A stretch of 64,000 nt of DNA from Nitrosopumilus sp. (GTDB taxonomy: Archaea > Thermoproteota > Nitrososphaeria > Nitrososphaerales > Nitrosopumilaceae), in assembly GCA_965207445.1 (NCBI GenBank), contig CBDBLX010000002.1, forward strand, positions 1,751,849 to 1,815,848. Reading direction: 5' to 3'. Below the pieces are notes generated by a model, which was not told where the DNA came from, made no database searches, and saw only the letters and a list, made by a program, of their open reading frames with translations. Position 1 is the stretch's first letter. Each line of letters starts with the position of its first letter. Made by a program: the position numbers and the translations under genes. Shown one piece after another: positions 1-15,065 of this stretch.

Positions 1-18
1 CATCACCATAATATGACG

Positions 19-237
19 TTATAGAATCAACGTCTCGCTCTCTTTCTGCCGTAAGGGGATTCGTTCAAACAGAGGAGTCCGCCCGTCTGCCACCTTTGTC
101 GCATCCCTGTAGACCGCTTCGAGTCTATCCCCTGCTGCAATAATCTCAGAGTCCAAGACTGCGATCCACTTGCCTGCATACTTCCCCTTGTTTTGCAAAA
201 GTTTCAATACGAATTCTGATTCTTCACTGCTGCTCAT
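19..237 (-). CDS. DUF5678-like small protein
   Basis: 72 aa with KYAGKWIAV..EIIAAGD motif typical of DUF5678; the next gene lies off the window edge. Confidence 0.65.
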   Translation of the reverse strand: MSSSEESEFVLKLLQNKGKYAGKWIAVLDSEIIAAGDRLEAVYRDATKVADGRTPLFERIPLRQKESETLIL

Positions 238-320
238 ATGTCACAATCTATCGTGACCATTATATCAATTTTTATGATCATGTAGATGGATTCCGTCATA
301 ATATGCTGCATACTGATATG

Positions 321-410
321 ATTAAAGATCCGATATTTTGATTGATATTCATCTCGAAGTTGAGCATATATTATGAATACAAAATATTAGAAAAATATCG
401 GATCTTTAAT
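321..410. repeat. 90-bp inverted-repeat-bounded element (family A), copy 1
   Basis: Perfect 19-bp IR ATTAAAGATCCGATATTTT (321-339) / AAAATATCGGATCTTTAAT (392-410); near-identical copy at 48580-48669. Confidence 0.85.
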
Positions 411-625
411 GAAACTATTATGCATAGGATATATTCAAATGGTACAGAATCATTGTATATGGTAGGAGTCACAAATCACATTGGTATGCCAGATGATGAA
501 ATAGAAGTCACTTATAATCAGATTCGTAATAATGATCTCCATCCGTTTTTTGGTAAATGGGTAAACGCACACAATATCGAATTTACAGATATATTGCATC
601 CAATAAACCATGGAATAGATGAATT

Positions 626-773
626 GTGTGAACCAATTTCCATGATTGGTATGATCATTCGAAAACAACTCCTAGCCAAATGTATCGCATGCACGATATT
701 CGATATATAGATAGGAATATAACCAAATACAAGTATGTATTTCATTGTTGTGTCCAATGAGCTTGGTTCACAC
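626..773. mobile_element. 148-bp MITE (family B), copy 1
   Basis: TIR GTGTGAACCAA/TTGGTTCACAC; flanks GATGAATT/GATGAATG (7 of 8 match, putative TSD); homologous to 36694-36841 and 7764-7908. Confidence 0.85.
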
Positions 774-1083
774 GATGAATGCAATATATCTGAACTGAAG
801 AAGAACTATTCACAAGAATTTGTATTAAAGATAAATAATGATGGACGCATAACATATGTGTGAAACGATACAAAAATACGTTTGGGCCGCCCCACTTGAC
901 AAATGAATGGATTACACTTGAACAAATTCTACACGGAATACCGTTAGGTGTATTCAAGTATGAAGATCTTCCAGACGTGATAAAAAATGACTTAGATGCA
1001 CATTTGGAAAAAATGAAAAATAAACAAAAAACAGTTGTGTAAAAGTATTCGAAAAAATAAGTTCAGAGTAATTTAATAAACAC

Positions 1084-1505
1084 GTAAGCGTTCAGGTCTA
1101 ATTATTAATAATCATAAATAGGCACGTCTGTTCCGACCACAGAGTATGATATTAAATATACAGATAACGGGCTTTTAAAGAGATATCGCTATTTGTCATT
1201 ATCTGACAAAAATGACAAATAGAAACATCAACAATGCAATATTGCACAATGGAATTTAACCATAACACATGCGATCAGATAGGAGATGCAAGTGTGATGC
1301 CTTTGGATATTGATCGCATACGCGCCGAAAGAGACGCGACATACTGCAAGATTGGTGAATTAAACGACAAGTTTGCAGTATTGTCCGATACGATTGGCCA
1401 TATGAAAGAGAAAGTAGTTGCATTAAATCAAAACAGGATTCTTTTGCGCAATGATAATGCAAAGTTAAATCAAGAAAAGACAGCAGTTGGGAATTTGTTC
1501 GAGTA
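1084..1505 (+). mobile_element. Truncated IS66-family end with 5' part of the transposase
   Basis: Begins with the TIR GTAAGCGTTCAGGTCTAATTAT; ORF 1234-1575 matches the N-terminus of the 29894-31903 transposase (ASVMPLDIDRIRAERDA...). Confidence 0.9.
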
Positions 1506-1536
1506 CAATAGAGGTGACGGAGGAGGCCATGTCCAA

Positions 1537-1619
1537 GTAACCGTTCAACCCCCGGTTACCTGCACAAGAAGTTAGACTGTGAATCTGTGCCTAAACTTGA
1601 GAAGGGGTTGAACGGTTAC
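1537..1619. mobile_element. ~82-bp MITE (family C, IS66-like ends)
   Basis: TIR GTAACCGTTCAACCCC/GGGGTTGAACGGTTAC; six more copies in the window. Confidence 0.9.
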
Positions 1620-1883
1620 TACAATAACAATATCAACAACGTGCCGAACATTACAATTGTAGACTACTATCTAAACAAGCAAAGCATCAAGAACAAGCCT
1701 CCCTCCGAATACATGTCAGAATTCCATCGGACAAACAAAGATCTTGCAATCTCAATGAAGATGCATCTGATACATGATCTTGACGACTTTGGGATATGAA
1801 ATAACGACTTTAATAGATTTTTGAAATGGCACGCTAAAGTTGTAAGTAGAGAGATCAAAAGTCAGATGACAAAAAACGCCTAA
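1620..1883 (+). pseudogene. C-terminal remnant of a DUF262/GmrSD-type protein
   Basis: NITIVDYYLNKQSIKNKPPSEYM..HLIHDLDDFGI*NNDFNRF resembles DUF262-protein C-termini; internal TGA; 5' part missing at the MITE junction. Confidence 0.5.
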
Positions 1884-1918
1884 CAGTCAACTATCTTGTT
1901 ATTTTGCAGAGTTTGACT

Positions 1919-2571
1919 TTACATATGTTTTTCTAGTCCAGTCTTTTTTGGTTTCCAGTTTTTAGGTTCAAATTCTTCAGGTAGTTGGGAAACCAGCCGA
2001 TCGGATTCTGTACCCACGTATGCTAACCTCTCTATAATGACGCGCACTTCTTTACCGGGCACGTTCTGGAGCGGCCAGTTCTCAATCCCACTCTCCTTGT
2101 CTATTGTTTGGCCATAGCGGTCTACAAACCATTCCAATGGTGTCCTCCCATTCACACGATACTCACACACAGGCAGATCAGCATACACAGTCACATCATC
2201 AATTATCAGTACGTGTTGATTCTGACTACTTGTAATGTTCTCGATTATGTCTTTCTTCTGGCGCCCCCATCTAATCTTGCGCGGTGAATCAGGTATTGTA
2301 TTTACAGGCTTTCCTAGATCGTACCGCTTGCAGGTCTCGTATGATAAGTGTAGATCGGTCAACTTTTTGCCTGTCTTTGAGAATGCCCAAAAGTCAGGGG
2401 CCATTGGAATGTGTGGCAATTCACGTGAGAGGTTGTTTGCATATTTTTTACGGTAGGCAGAATGATGTAACAATCCATAAACGTAATAGAAAATATCTTC
2501 CTTAGAGATCGTGTTGTCATTATAGTGTACTTGGTATTCTTCCAGAGCGTAGTCTGTAATGTTGTCTACCA

Positions 2572-2575
<4 letters not shown>
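1919..2575 (-). CDS. Type ISP restriction-modification enzyme, C-terminal portion (separate frame in the current repeat state)
   Basis: DNITD..DIFYYVYGLLH..YRKKY..LPHIP and YRVNGRTPLEWFVDRY match the LlaBIII-like C-terminus; its ATG overlaps the upstream TGA (ATGA). Confidence 0.9.
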
Positions 2576-6801
<4,226 letters not shown>

Positions 6802-7123
6802 GTCTATTGTTGCACAAACAACAGTGTTTTTAACTCTTAATGAATGAATTTGCACGGAGTACAAGTCGTTTTGTATGTTATGATTAGATAGTTTTCCATT
6901 GGTTTATCCAGTTTGTGCATGTACACGTCCGTATACGCTTTGAGAAAAGCACCCACCATCATTATGCAATGAGTTTGGTTGCATATCTGGGCGTCTTGTG
7001 ATCTTGTGTTCATGTCAATACAAGATATGTGTGCGCCGCTCTGAAGGCATATATGACATACAAGAGACAAATGTCCATGATTAAAACGCGATATGGTAAA
7101 TATTGTAACCTGTACTACACGCG

Positions 7124-7666
7124 ATGATGTTGGTGGTGTTGATTATGGTGGACCAGATGAGAATTCCTAATATTGTGGTGCCAATAGTGTTGGTGTGCTT
7201 GGCCATTTTGTTTATGCCAATAGTTGCAGTCTCATACATACCACTACCATTCACCTCAGGGATAATTCCTACCTTTAGCATGTACCCAAATATCATCCCA
7301 GGTGACGTCCTCTATGTGGATAGGACAGTAGATTTTTCCAAAGTTGCGGTGGGCGACGTTATTTTGTTTTGGGGAACCGAAGGTCATCCAATAAGCCACC
7401 GTGTAATCGTACATGATGGTGTAGAGGTAATAACTCGAGGTGACTTTAATGACAGCAATGATCCGCCTGTAACAGCAGAGATGTATTTGGGCAAGGTGTC
7501 AGCAGTAATTCCTCTGCACGTGCTAGGGCCGCAATTCGGATCAATTGTGGGATTCTTTCTTACGTTTTCTGGCATCATGTTTGTATCAGCAGTCCTCTAT
7601 GTGTTAGTGCACATAAAATGGCTACGTAGCCAATTTGACGGTGTTAGACACATCAAAACTACATGA
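7124..7666 (+). CDS. Signal peptidase I (S26, SEC11-like)
   Basis: N-terminal TM helix, SMYP..GD, SHRV and TRGD.N motifs, C-terminal TM helix. Confidence 0.85.
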   Translation: MMLVVLIMVDQMRIPNIVVPIVLVCLAILFMPIVAVSYIPLPFTSGIIPTFSMYPNIIPGDVLYVDRTVDFSKVAVGDVILFWGTEGHPISHRVIVHDGVEVITRGDFNDSNDPPVTAEMYLGKVSAVIPLHVLGPQFGSIVGFFLTFSGIMFVSAVLYVLVHIKWLRSQFDGVRHIKTT

Positions 7667-7763
7667 TCATTGTTCGTTAAACTTAAAATGGAGCAAAAAT
7701 CTGTACGATTGTCAAAAGTAGATTTCGCATCGCTGTAACGAATCAGGGTAGAAGAGAAAAGTT

Positions 7764-7908
7764 GTGCATGTCAAGCTTTATGACTATACAATCATTCAAA
7801 ATAACTTTTAGGCAAATATATCGCATCCATGATATTTGATATACAGATAGGGATGTGACCAAATACAAGTATATGATTTAATTATTGCACTCAAAGATTG
7901 GTTTACAC
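7764..7908. mobile_element. Degenerate family B MITE
   Basis: Internal similarity to 626-773 (AAATATATCGCAT..CCAAATACAAGTAT) and end TTGGTTTACAC; boundaries approximate. Confidence 0.65.
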
Positions 7909-7967
7909 CAAAATTTTAACCAATCACAGAGCATCATGCAAATTATCTTGTTTTGCACACATACAAA

Positions 7968-9776
7968 CTATGATTTTTTGACAATTGTAGCATTATTAGG
8001 ATTCAAATCCTGCCATATCACATCATATCCCAAATGTGACAGTAAATCTGCATGAGATGAATCAGATATGTCAGCATCAGACATTATTTGACACGCATCT
8101 ACAAAACTAATATCAGAGTCAAACATTGCATGTACACTAGATACTTTTTTTGTAGAAATCATGTATGGTCCTGCTTTTATGTACAAATTCGGTGCATCAC
8201 GCTCAATCATTGCACGTATAGAGTTCTCAGGAACCATATATTTTACTGCCAAGTCGCGCAACAGTATTACATCATCTTGCAAATCATCATGTGTAATACT
8301 AGTAATATCTATAGCATTATTTGCAAGGATAGAATCAATCTTCTTTAGATGATCAAGTATTGGCTTAACTGATATGTGCTTGTCAAAGAAAAATACACCA
8401 GGCATGTTGCGAATTTCAGAGAATTGAGAGCACAAAAGAGCAGAGTCGATTCCAACTAGCATGTCAACTGTGGGAGGTGGTGGAGGATTTGATGCATCAT
8501 TCTTATTTTGGGTGTCATGCACATTATTAGAAAAACATCCCATATCACATAGTTTGGCGATTTTATGCTTTATGTAATCAGCAGTCCAAAAACCCACAAT
8601 CTCAAGATATACTTTGCATCCGAGCCTTTCAAATACAAAATCAGGTAGCATTGCCTTGTTTCCTGCAATCAATGGCTCCGGCTCCCTGCGCATGCGCCAC
8701 CCAAGACAGTCATTTTGTCCCAAGTGCTGATGCAATATTTGTGCAAACTTTTGCTCAACTGAACTATCATAAATTTGCTGAGAGTCGTTTTGATCATGTG
8801 TGTTGTTGATTGTTTGTCGCAGATACTTTTGTGTAGTTTTATTTGAGATCTCAAATCGATATAGTCGATCCACATCCCCGGTTTTTTTTGATATCGTAGC
8901 ATCAATATCCCAAACAGGTGTACGAGTTATTATCGGAAGTAGTTGTGCAAATGCAGTACCATATTTGTTAGTTAGTTTAAAGATGCTAAGTGGTCCATCG
9001 ATTATGCAACGCATTGAGTGGTCTTTTGGATTATGCTCAAGGACATACATCATGCCATGCATCTTTACAGCACGCAAGACATTCTTCCAATGCGCACCAT
9101 CATTGTCAATGTAAAAGTTCAATCGAGTGCATTTGAAGAGCAATGTTTGGGCAAGTGACATGTTGTACCACAAAAGCAAGTCATGTACAGATAGTGTATC
9201 AAATCGCTCCAATATGTGATTCTCATCAAGGTCAGCCCAAATCACATCATACACATCAGTATCTGAGATGTGACACAATTTTGCAGTCTTTTGTATAATC
9301 ATTTTTCGCTTGGCATCAGTAGTAGCAAGTCCGGCTTGTGAGGACTGTGTGAATAAAATCTGTCGTATAGTAGATGAGGATACATCAGGTGAGGACTGGG
9401 CAGTTTTAATTACAAATGAGGATCGTCGTTCTAGTAATGCACGAAATCCACGTACAAGTTTATAGTCATAATCAGGTTCAATGTCAGATAAAATATCATG
9501 TATCTCACCCTTTGTTCTGTGTAGTTTTTGTGACGTCTCAAATTCTGATATTAATTTAGATGCAAGTTCGTGCTCAACTGAAGCTTTGTCAGTAGTAGTG
9601 TTTGTTTTATGGCTACTGTTACTAGTGCCATTATTACTATTACTAGGATCAGTATTGCTACGGCGGCGACTATTATCATCATCATCATACAAATCAACAT
9701 TACAAAATTGAGGATATATCTTACCCTTACTTGTACGAGTGCGTAAAAGCTCAGATGATAACATATCAAACACCAC
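7968..9776 (-). CDS. DUF790 family nuclease (Bax1-like)
   Basis: YDSSVEQKF, REPEPL, PDF and YLEIVGFWT motifs; overlaps the upstream XPB gene. Confidence 0.88.
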   Translation of the reverse strand: MVFDMLSSELLRTRTSKGKIYPQFCNVDLYDDDDNSRRRSNTDPSNSNNGTSNSSHKTNTTTDKASVEHELASKLISEFETSQKLHRTKGEIHDILSDIEPDYDYKLVRGFRALLERRSSFVIKTAQSSPDVSSSTIRQILFTQSSQAGLATTDAKRKMIIQKTAKLCHISDTDVYDVIWADLDENHILERFDTLSVHDLLLWYNMSLAQTLLFKCTRLNFYIDNDGAHWKNVLRAVKMHGMMYVLEHNPKDHSMRCIIDGPLSIFKLTNKYGTAFAQLLPIITRTPVWDIDATISKKTGDVDRLYRFEISNKTTQKYLRQTINNTHDQNDSQQIYDSSVEQKFAQILHQHLGQNDCLGWRMRREPEPLIAGNKAMLPDFVFERLGCKVYLEIVGFWTADYIKHKIAKLCDMGCFSNNVHDTQNKNDASNPPPPPTVDMLVGIDSALLCSQFSEIRNMPGVFFFDKHISVKPILDHLKKIDSILANNAIDITSITHDDLQDDVILLRDLAVKYMVPENSIRAMIERDAPNLYIKAGPYMISTKKVSSVHAMFDSDISFVDACQIMSDADISDSSHADLLSHLGYDVIWQDLNPNNATIVKKS

Positions 9777-11403
9777 CCTTATTTTGTGAAATTGATCTAT
9801 CTGTTACATTATGCGCGTCAGTCTTTTTATTTTTACTTCTGACAATACTGCGACGATGACGATGACGGGCACCTGCATTTTTACGTAATGCCGCAGAGCG
9901 CCTTGCACTACTACCCACTTCACGAGTAGCATCAGATATCATCTCAATGAGTAGTGCTCGGCTGCCATCTTTTTTAGGACGCAACAGTCTACCCAATCTT
10001 TGAACCATCTCTCTTCCACTTCCAGTACCACTCACAATGATGCCAAGTTCAGCATCAGGTACATCTACACCTTCATCCAAGACGCGAGACGTAACAACTG
10101 ACACGTACCTGCCCGTCCGAAATCCATCAAGTATCTCCTTGCGCTCAGACTTTGAGGTCTTGTGCGTAATTATGGGAATAAGAAAAGTATCAGATATCAA
10201 GTATGCCATCTTGTTGTTTTGTGTAAATATGATGGTTTTTTTTCTAGATGTGTGATCAGGCAACAGCGTATCATTGTCATATATCGTGTCATTGTCACCA
10301 ATACTGCCACCACAATTCTCAGCTAGTATTTTCCGCAGATGTGTAATTTTAGCAGATGTATTGAATGCAATCTCATTTGCTCTGTTTCGAGCAAGTAGTG
10401 CTTTTCGTGCATTTTGATTTCTATTTGACATTAGTATCAAACGTTTCAAATTGTACATGGATTCATTCTTCATGCCAAGTTTGTTTAACCCTACAAGAAA
10501 CTCTGATCTGCATTTGTCATATTCTGTCTTTTCTTCAATGCTTAGATTAACTCGTATCTTTTGTATTTCATATTTGGCAAGATGTTTCTTCTCTGCCAGC
10601 TCTCTAGTGCCACGACTATACACCACACCACCAACAAGTCTTGGAATTATCTTGTGCAGTCCGTCTTCGCGCTCAAGTGTTGCAGTTAATCCCAAACGAA
10701 AAGGAGCCATACATTGTTCTGCTATGAGTTTGTATCCAGGGGCAGGTAAATGATGCACCTCATCAAATATCAATAATCCAAATCGGTTTCCAATCTCAGG
10801 TGCCCTCAGATATGCCGAATCGTATGTGGCAACTGTTACTGCACAAATCTCATCTGAGCCGCCGCCAAGTTTGCCTATCTTTATCAAATTATTATCTGTC
10901 TGATCATTTATGATTGCACTCTTTTCAGTAAGATTATCATTTGCATATCCGACTATTCTCAGATGTGTTTGTAAAAAATCAGCCCACTGTTGTAGCAGAT
11001 CAATTGTAGGTACCACCACAAGTGCAGATGTATTTGCCTCACATATTGCAGACATTCCGATTGCTGTTTTACCCGAACCAGTCGGGAGTATGACACACCC
11101 CCTCATAGAGGCTTTTTTCCATCTTGTTATAGAGTCACGTTGATAGTCGCGTAAAACGACATCAGAGAAGAGTGCAGGCACAGATAAATAATTTGGAACC
11201 GAATCAGTATACAAAATCTCACTTTCAACAAGATACTCTACAATACTCGCATAGTACATGCCAAATGCTCGAAGTGTTTTACTGCGCTCATCATATTTAG
11301 TATTAGGTATCTCCAACATACTAGCATGTGTAATGTTAATGGTACCATGATCAAATGACATTTGTGGTTGTGACAGTTGCAATACAATGATATGCACGAT
11401 CAT
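9766..11403 (-). CDS. xpb: XPB/Rad25-family SF2 helicase
   Basis: LRDYQ, LPTGSGKT, DEVHH, GLTATLERED, LDEGVDVPDA and QRLGRLLR motifs; paired with DUF790. Confidence 0.9.
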   Translation of the reverse strand: MIVHIIVLQLSQPQMSFDHGTINITHASMLEIPNTKYDERSKTLRAFGMYYASIVEYLVESEILYTDSVPNYLSVPALFSDVVLRDYQRDSITRWKKASMRGCVILPTGSGKTAIGMSAICEANTSALVVVPTIDLLQQWADFLQTHLRIVGYANDNLTEKSAIINDQTDNNLIKIGKLGGGSDEICAVTVATYDSAYLRAPEIGNRFGLLIFDEVHHLPAPGYKLIAEQCMAPFRLGLTATLEREDGLHKIIPRLVGGVVYSRGTRELAEKKHLAKYEIQKIRVNLSIEEKTEYDKCRSEFLVGLNKLGMKNESMYNLKRLILMSNRNQNARKALLARNRANEIAFNTSAKITHLRKILAENCGGSIGDNDTIYDNDTLLPDHTSRKKTIIFTQNNKMAYLISDTFLIPIITHKTSKSERKEILDGFRTGRYVSVVTSRVLDEGVDVPDAELGIIVSGTGSGREMVQRLGRLLRPKKDGSRALLIEMISDATREVGSSARRSAALRKNAGARHRHRRSIVRSKNKKTDAHNVTDRSISQNKGGV

Positions 11404-11925
11404 GGATATAGATGTGATTGCATCAAGTGTTTGTGTACAATTGTGTAAAATTTGAGAAAAGCAAACAGATACCCATAGTAATTACCATATACAACACTAA
11501 ACAAATAGCTCACTTGCAAACTCAGTTTAGATGCAGTGATCTGGTCATATTATTAAATTTTGATAGAACAAGCAACACAACGCAGTAATTTTATTAATCG
11601 ACATATACGGCCATACTCACCACAAGCAGTGCAAGCAGACGTATGGTAATTAAAACAATGATCCAAAAGTTTTTGGTCTTTTATATTCATTTATTGTTCT
11701 TGATAGATAGATGTTGGTCGATGGAATTTTCGATTCTTTATTTGAAATACTACATACACATCCACACTCTGCATAGCCTCTATTGGTGTCACACTATACG
11801 TGCTGACATTTAGATAAATAAATAATCTTATAGTTCTGAATTAAATATGTGATTCCCTAAAATGTATACAAAAACTTTATATACTACTATTTGACAGTAT
11901 GATATATAGTTTTGGGTGTATAAAT

Positions 11926-12849
11926 ATGGTAAAATCACTAAAAGAAAAATGTCCTAGATGTGGACACGGCACAATGATAACTGATGGTAATACTGGTGAG
12001 AATTTTTGTGGTAGTTGTGGTTATGTGATATCAGAAAAAGTAGAAGAGTCAGGTCCAGAGTGGCGTTCGTTCTCAAATGAAGGTGAGAATAAGAGTAGAG
12101 CAGGTGTTCCAACATCACTTGCTATGCATGACATGGGACTAGCAACTATTATCAATCCTCAAAATAGAGATGCAACAGGTAAACCACTAACTGCATCAAT
12201 GAAGAGCACCATAGAGCGATTACGTACATGGGATAATCGTAGCCAAGTTCATGAGCCCGTAGACCGTAACTATAGACAAGCATTCAGTGAACTTGACAGA
12301 CTAAAAGATAAACTAGGAGTAGGAGATGCCGTAATTGAAAAAGCAGCTCACATATACAGAAAAGCCCTAGAAAAGGGGCTAGTTAGAGGAAGATCAATAT
12401 CTGCATTAATAGCATCTGCATTATATGCAGCATGTAGAGTGACAGAGACGCCACGTACACTCAAGGATATCGGACAAGCAAGCAACATAAAACGCAAGGA
12501 CATTGCACGATGTTATCGATTGCTTTTAAGAGAACTAGAGATTACAATGCCAGTAGTAGATCCGATAAAATGCGTCTCAAGAATTGCAAGTAAGGCAGAG
12601 TTAGCAGAGCGTACAAAACGATATGCCACAAAGATATTAGAACTTGCAGAAAAGCACAAGATATCAGCAGGAAAGGATCCAATGGGGCTAGCAGCAGCTG
12701 CACTTTATGTAGCATGTACTGAATGCAACGAGAACAAAACACAAAGAGATGTCGCAGAGGCAGCAGGGGTGACGGAAGTTACGATACGAAACAGATACAA
12801 GGGATTAAAAACCGAGCTAGATGCTTTGGACATTACGATATCTATATGA
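11926..12849 (+). CDS. tfb: Transcription initiation factor IIB
   Basis: Zn ribbon CPRC..CGSCG, GPEWRSF, cyclin repeats, AGVTEVTIRNRYK. Confidence 0.97.
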   Translation: MVKSLKEKCPRCGHGTMITDGNTGENFCGSCGYVISEKVEESGPEWRSFSNEGENKSRAGVPTSLAMHDMGLATIINPQNRDATGKPLTASMKSTIERLRTWDNRSQVHEPVDRNYRQAFSELDRLKDKLGVGDAVIEKAAHIYRKALEKGLVRGRSISALIASALYAACRVTETPRTLKDIGQASNIKRKDIARCYRLLLRELEITMPVVDPIKCVSRIASKAELAERTKRYATKILELAEKHKISAGKDPMGLAAAALYVACTECNENKTQRDVAEAAGVTEVTIRNRYKGLKTELDALDITISI

Positions 12850-13893
12850 TATAATCATTGCAAGTATAGACATAATTCCACATGCAATTAGTATGATCTC
12901 AATTGAAGATATCATAGCATGAGAGAATGCATTCTCAATTGGAATCAGATGTGTTTGTGATATAAAATGTGCATGTGAGAATACAAAATAGTTAGCAGCC
13001 CAGTGTATGATTATGGCAGTAATGAATCCATATCGTATGTATGCCCATCCAATTATTATCCCACTTGCAGTAGCTTGGGCAAATTTCCCATCACTCCAAG
13101 GCTCACCTAATGCAATGTGTGAGAATCCAAACATAATAGCAACCATAACAATAATCAAAAGAGCTTTTTTAGAGTTGTATGAGATATCCAAATATGCAGC
13201 AGGGCGCCACAGAGATCTTGCAAAATATCCAAATGAGAATTTTGTAGCATAAAGCAAGAATATAGGAATTCCAACAAATAAGAGTCGAAATCCTGTTTCT
13301 TCTAACAATGGAGCAAGTGTAATATAAAAAAACTCGACAAGACGATTATCTGGCTCTGGGGGGATTGTGTGAATTCCAATTGAATCCTGAGTTATGGTTA
13401 TTATAATTGAGCATAGTACAAGTATAGAAAACCACATTATGGCACCGGACATGTAATTTGTAACATTTTTGTGGGGTGGTGGCGGTTGTTGTTGTTGTTG
13501 CATCTGTTGTGTCGGCTGCAAAAAGTGACGGCCCGTCACGATCTGATTAATGATCGTGCCAAATCCACGTACAGGTCCCAATGCTGCTAGAGTAAATATA
13601 ACCAAATAAAATACCCACAATACAACAAAGACATCACCGATCGTCACCTGTGATGCTGTCAGATACAGAGCAGTATTATCAAAGAGCGAAGTATGTGTTA
13701 TTGGAAGATTATAGTTTATCTCGTTGCCAAGATCAGTTGAGAAGACTACAAATATGCCCATTGGAAAAGAGGCCAAAAATAGACCAAACACTACAGACAA
13801 AACGGCCGCATGTGGCACACCAAATATTGATAAAAATCGTTTACGATTATGTGAGATGTGCATTTTAGTGCAGCTCGATACTCTCTTCTGCAA
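12817..13893 (-). CDS. CPBP family (CAAX-type) intramembrane metalloprotease
   Basis: Multiple TM helices; APLLEETGFR, FGFSH and IIIHWAAN motifs. Confidence 0.85.
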   Translation of the reverse strand: MQKRVSSCTKMHISHNRKRFLSIFGVPHAAVLSVVFGLFLASFPMGIFVVFSTDLGNEINYNLPITHTSLFDNTALYLTASQVTIGDVFVVLWVFYLVIFTLAALGPVRGFGTIINQIVTGRHFLQPTQQMQQQQQPPPPHKNVTNYMSGAIMWFSILVLCSIIITITQDSIGIHTIPPEPDNRLVEFFYITLAPLLEETGFRLLFVGIPIFLLYATKFSFGYFARSLWRPAAYLDISYNSKKALLIIVMVAIMFGFSHIALGEPWSDGKFAQATASGIIIGWAYIRYGFITAIIIHWAANYFVFSHAHFISQTHLIPIENAFSHAMISSIEIILIACGIMSILAMIISYRYRNVQSI

Positions 13894-14179
13894 AGCCTAG
13901 TGAAACAAGAGTGTCTTTTATAGTGTCACGGTGATCACCTTGCAAGAATATGTATCCATCTTTTGCAGTACCGCCGCACGCGTACTTGTTTTTGAGATCC
14001 TTTGTTACAGTTTCAAGACTATTGAGTTTTGGATCAAGTCCTTCGATCATGGTTCCTTTCTTTTTAAATCGACGCGTCTCTAGTCGAATTATAATCTTGG
14101 TGCTGTCTTTGGCAAGCTCACCACATGCACAGAGGTCTTCAGGTAAGCCACATGTATTACAAATTACTGCCACGTTCAT
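13865..14179 (-). CDS. Translation initiation factor SUI1/aIF-1
   Basis: CNTCGLPEDLCAC; LKNKYACGGT; LQGDHR. Confidence 0.93.
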   Translation of the reverse strand: MNVAVICNTCGLPEDLCACGELAKDSTKIIIRLETRRFKKKGTMIEGLDPKLNSLETVTKDLKNKYACGGTAKDGYIFLQGDHRDTIKDTLVSLGFAEESIELH

Positions 14180-14702
14180 TATTTGTGCATAGTACACACT
14201 ATTAAGGTTTAAGATCAAAAAATGGGGAATTGTATACTGGATTCACAACCATCTAGAGGTTGTACCGAATTACGGCATTCGGTGGTGCTGTAACGGCACA
14301 GAACGGGTCTTTTTACCTCCCATTTCACGGCAGATCATACCCAAGCCCGACAATCTTGCATGGCACATACTTGCAGATACGTACGACAAGGTTTGTGATG
14401 AGGGGATTTCACCAATGAGCAATGCGGACGATCCGGTACGGGTAATGATTGACGATGCGACAGCCAAGGTACTTGGCGCAGAGCCGGAGGTTCTGACTAC
14501 GCGGGTGCCGCGGCCGGGGCGTCAGGGGTTCGGCACCGGCACCGGATTGAACGATCCCGGCATGCGTGTGGGCGCAAAGCCTACACGAGGATGCGAATTA
14601 TCGCACCGAGGGAGTATCACACCTCAAACTACTGGTGAATTTATTTAATTGTTGCAGGGTTTCATTGCTTTTATTGGTTTCAAGGTAGGATGTTGGAACG
14701 CG

Positions 14703-14830
14703 ATGAAGATTACAGAGGAGGAGTATGAGGACGGGGTGAGTGTGACGGACGCGGCCCCGCTTGACCTGTTCAGGCAGGGCATCAGGGCGGAGGCAACCCG
14801 CGCCTTTTGCACGCGTACTCTTGGACGCAC
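14703..14830 (+). pseudogene. Putative integrase N-terminal fragment
   Basis: DLFRQGIRAEATR..TRTL resembles the N-terminus of thaumarchaeal tyrosine integrases (from memory); no catalytic domain follows. Confidence 0.45.
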
Positions 14831-15065
14831 GACATCACGCTGCTGTGCTACGAGCACACCGGCAGACCGTGCCACCTACACTTGCTCAAAAAGATCATAG
14901 AGGATCCCGCATTGTTGTGGTGGTGGGAGGGGGGGGGTCCTGACGGCGGCCAGTCCGCGAGTGGCTCAGGCTGGCGTGATCCGGTCGGGAGACAGGCAAA
15001 TGAACCCGGCTGATGTTGAAAAACGTCCAACTCCTGTTCTACATGCTGTACGTGTTGTTTATGGC

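Noticed and set aside
518..784. Apparent paralogous small proteins (518-784 and 36581-36808; 342-710 and 48601-48975)
   Set aside because: The similarity comes from shared MITE or repeat DNA, not from a protein family.
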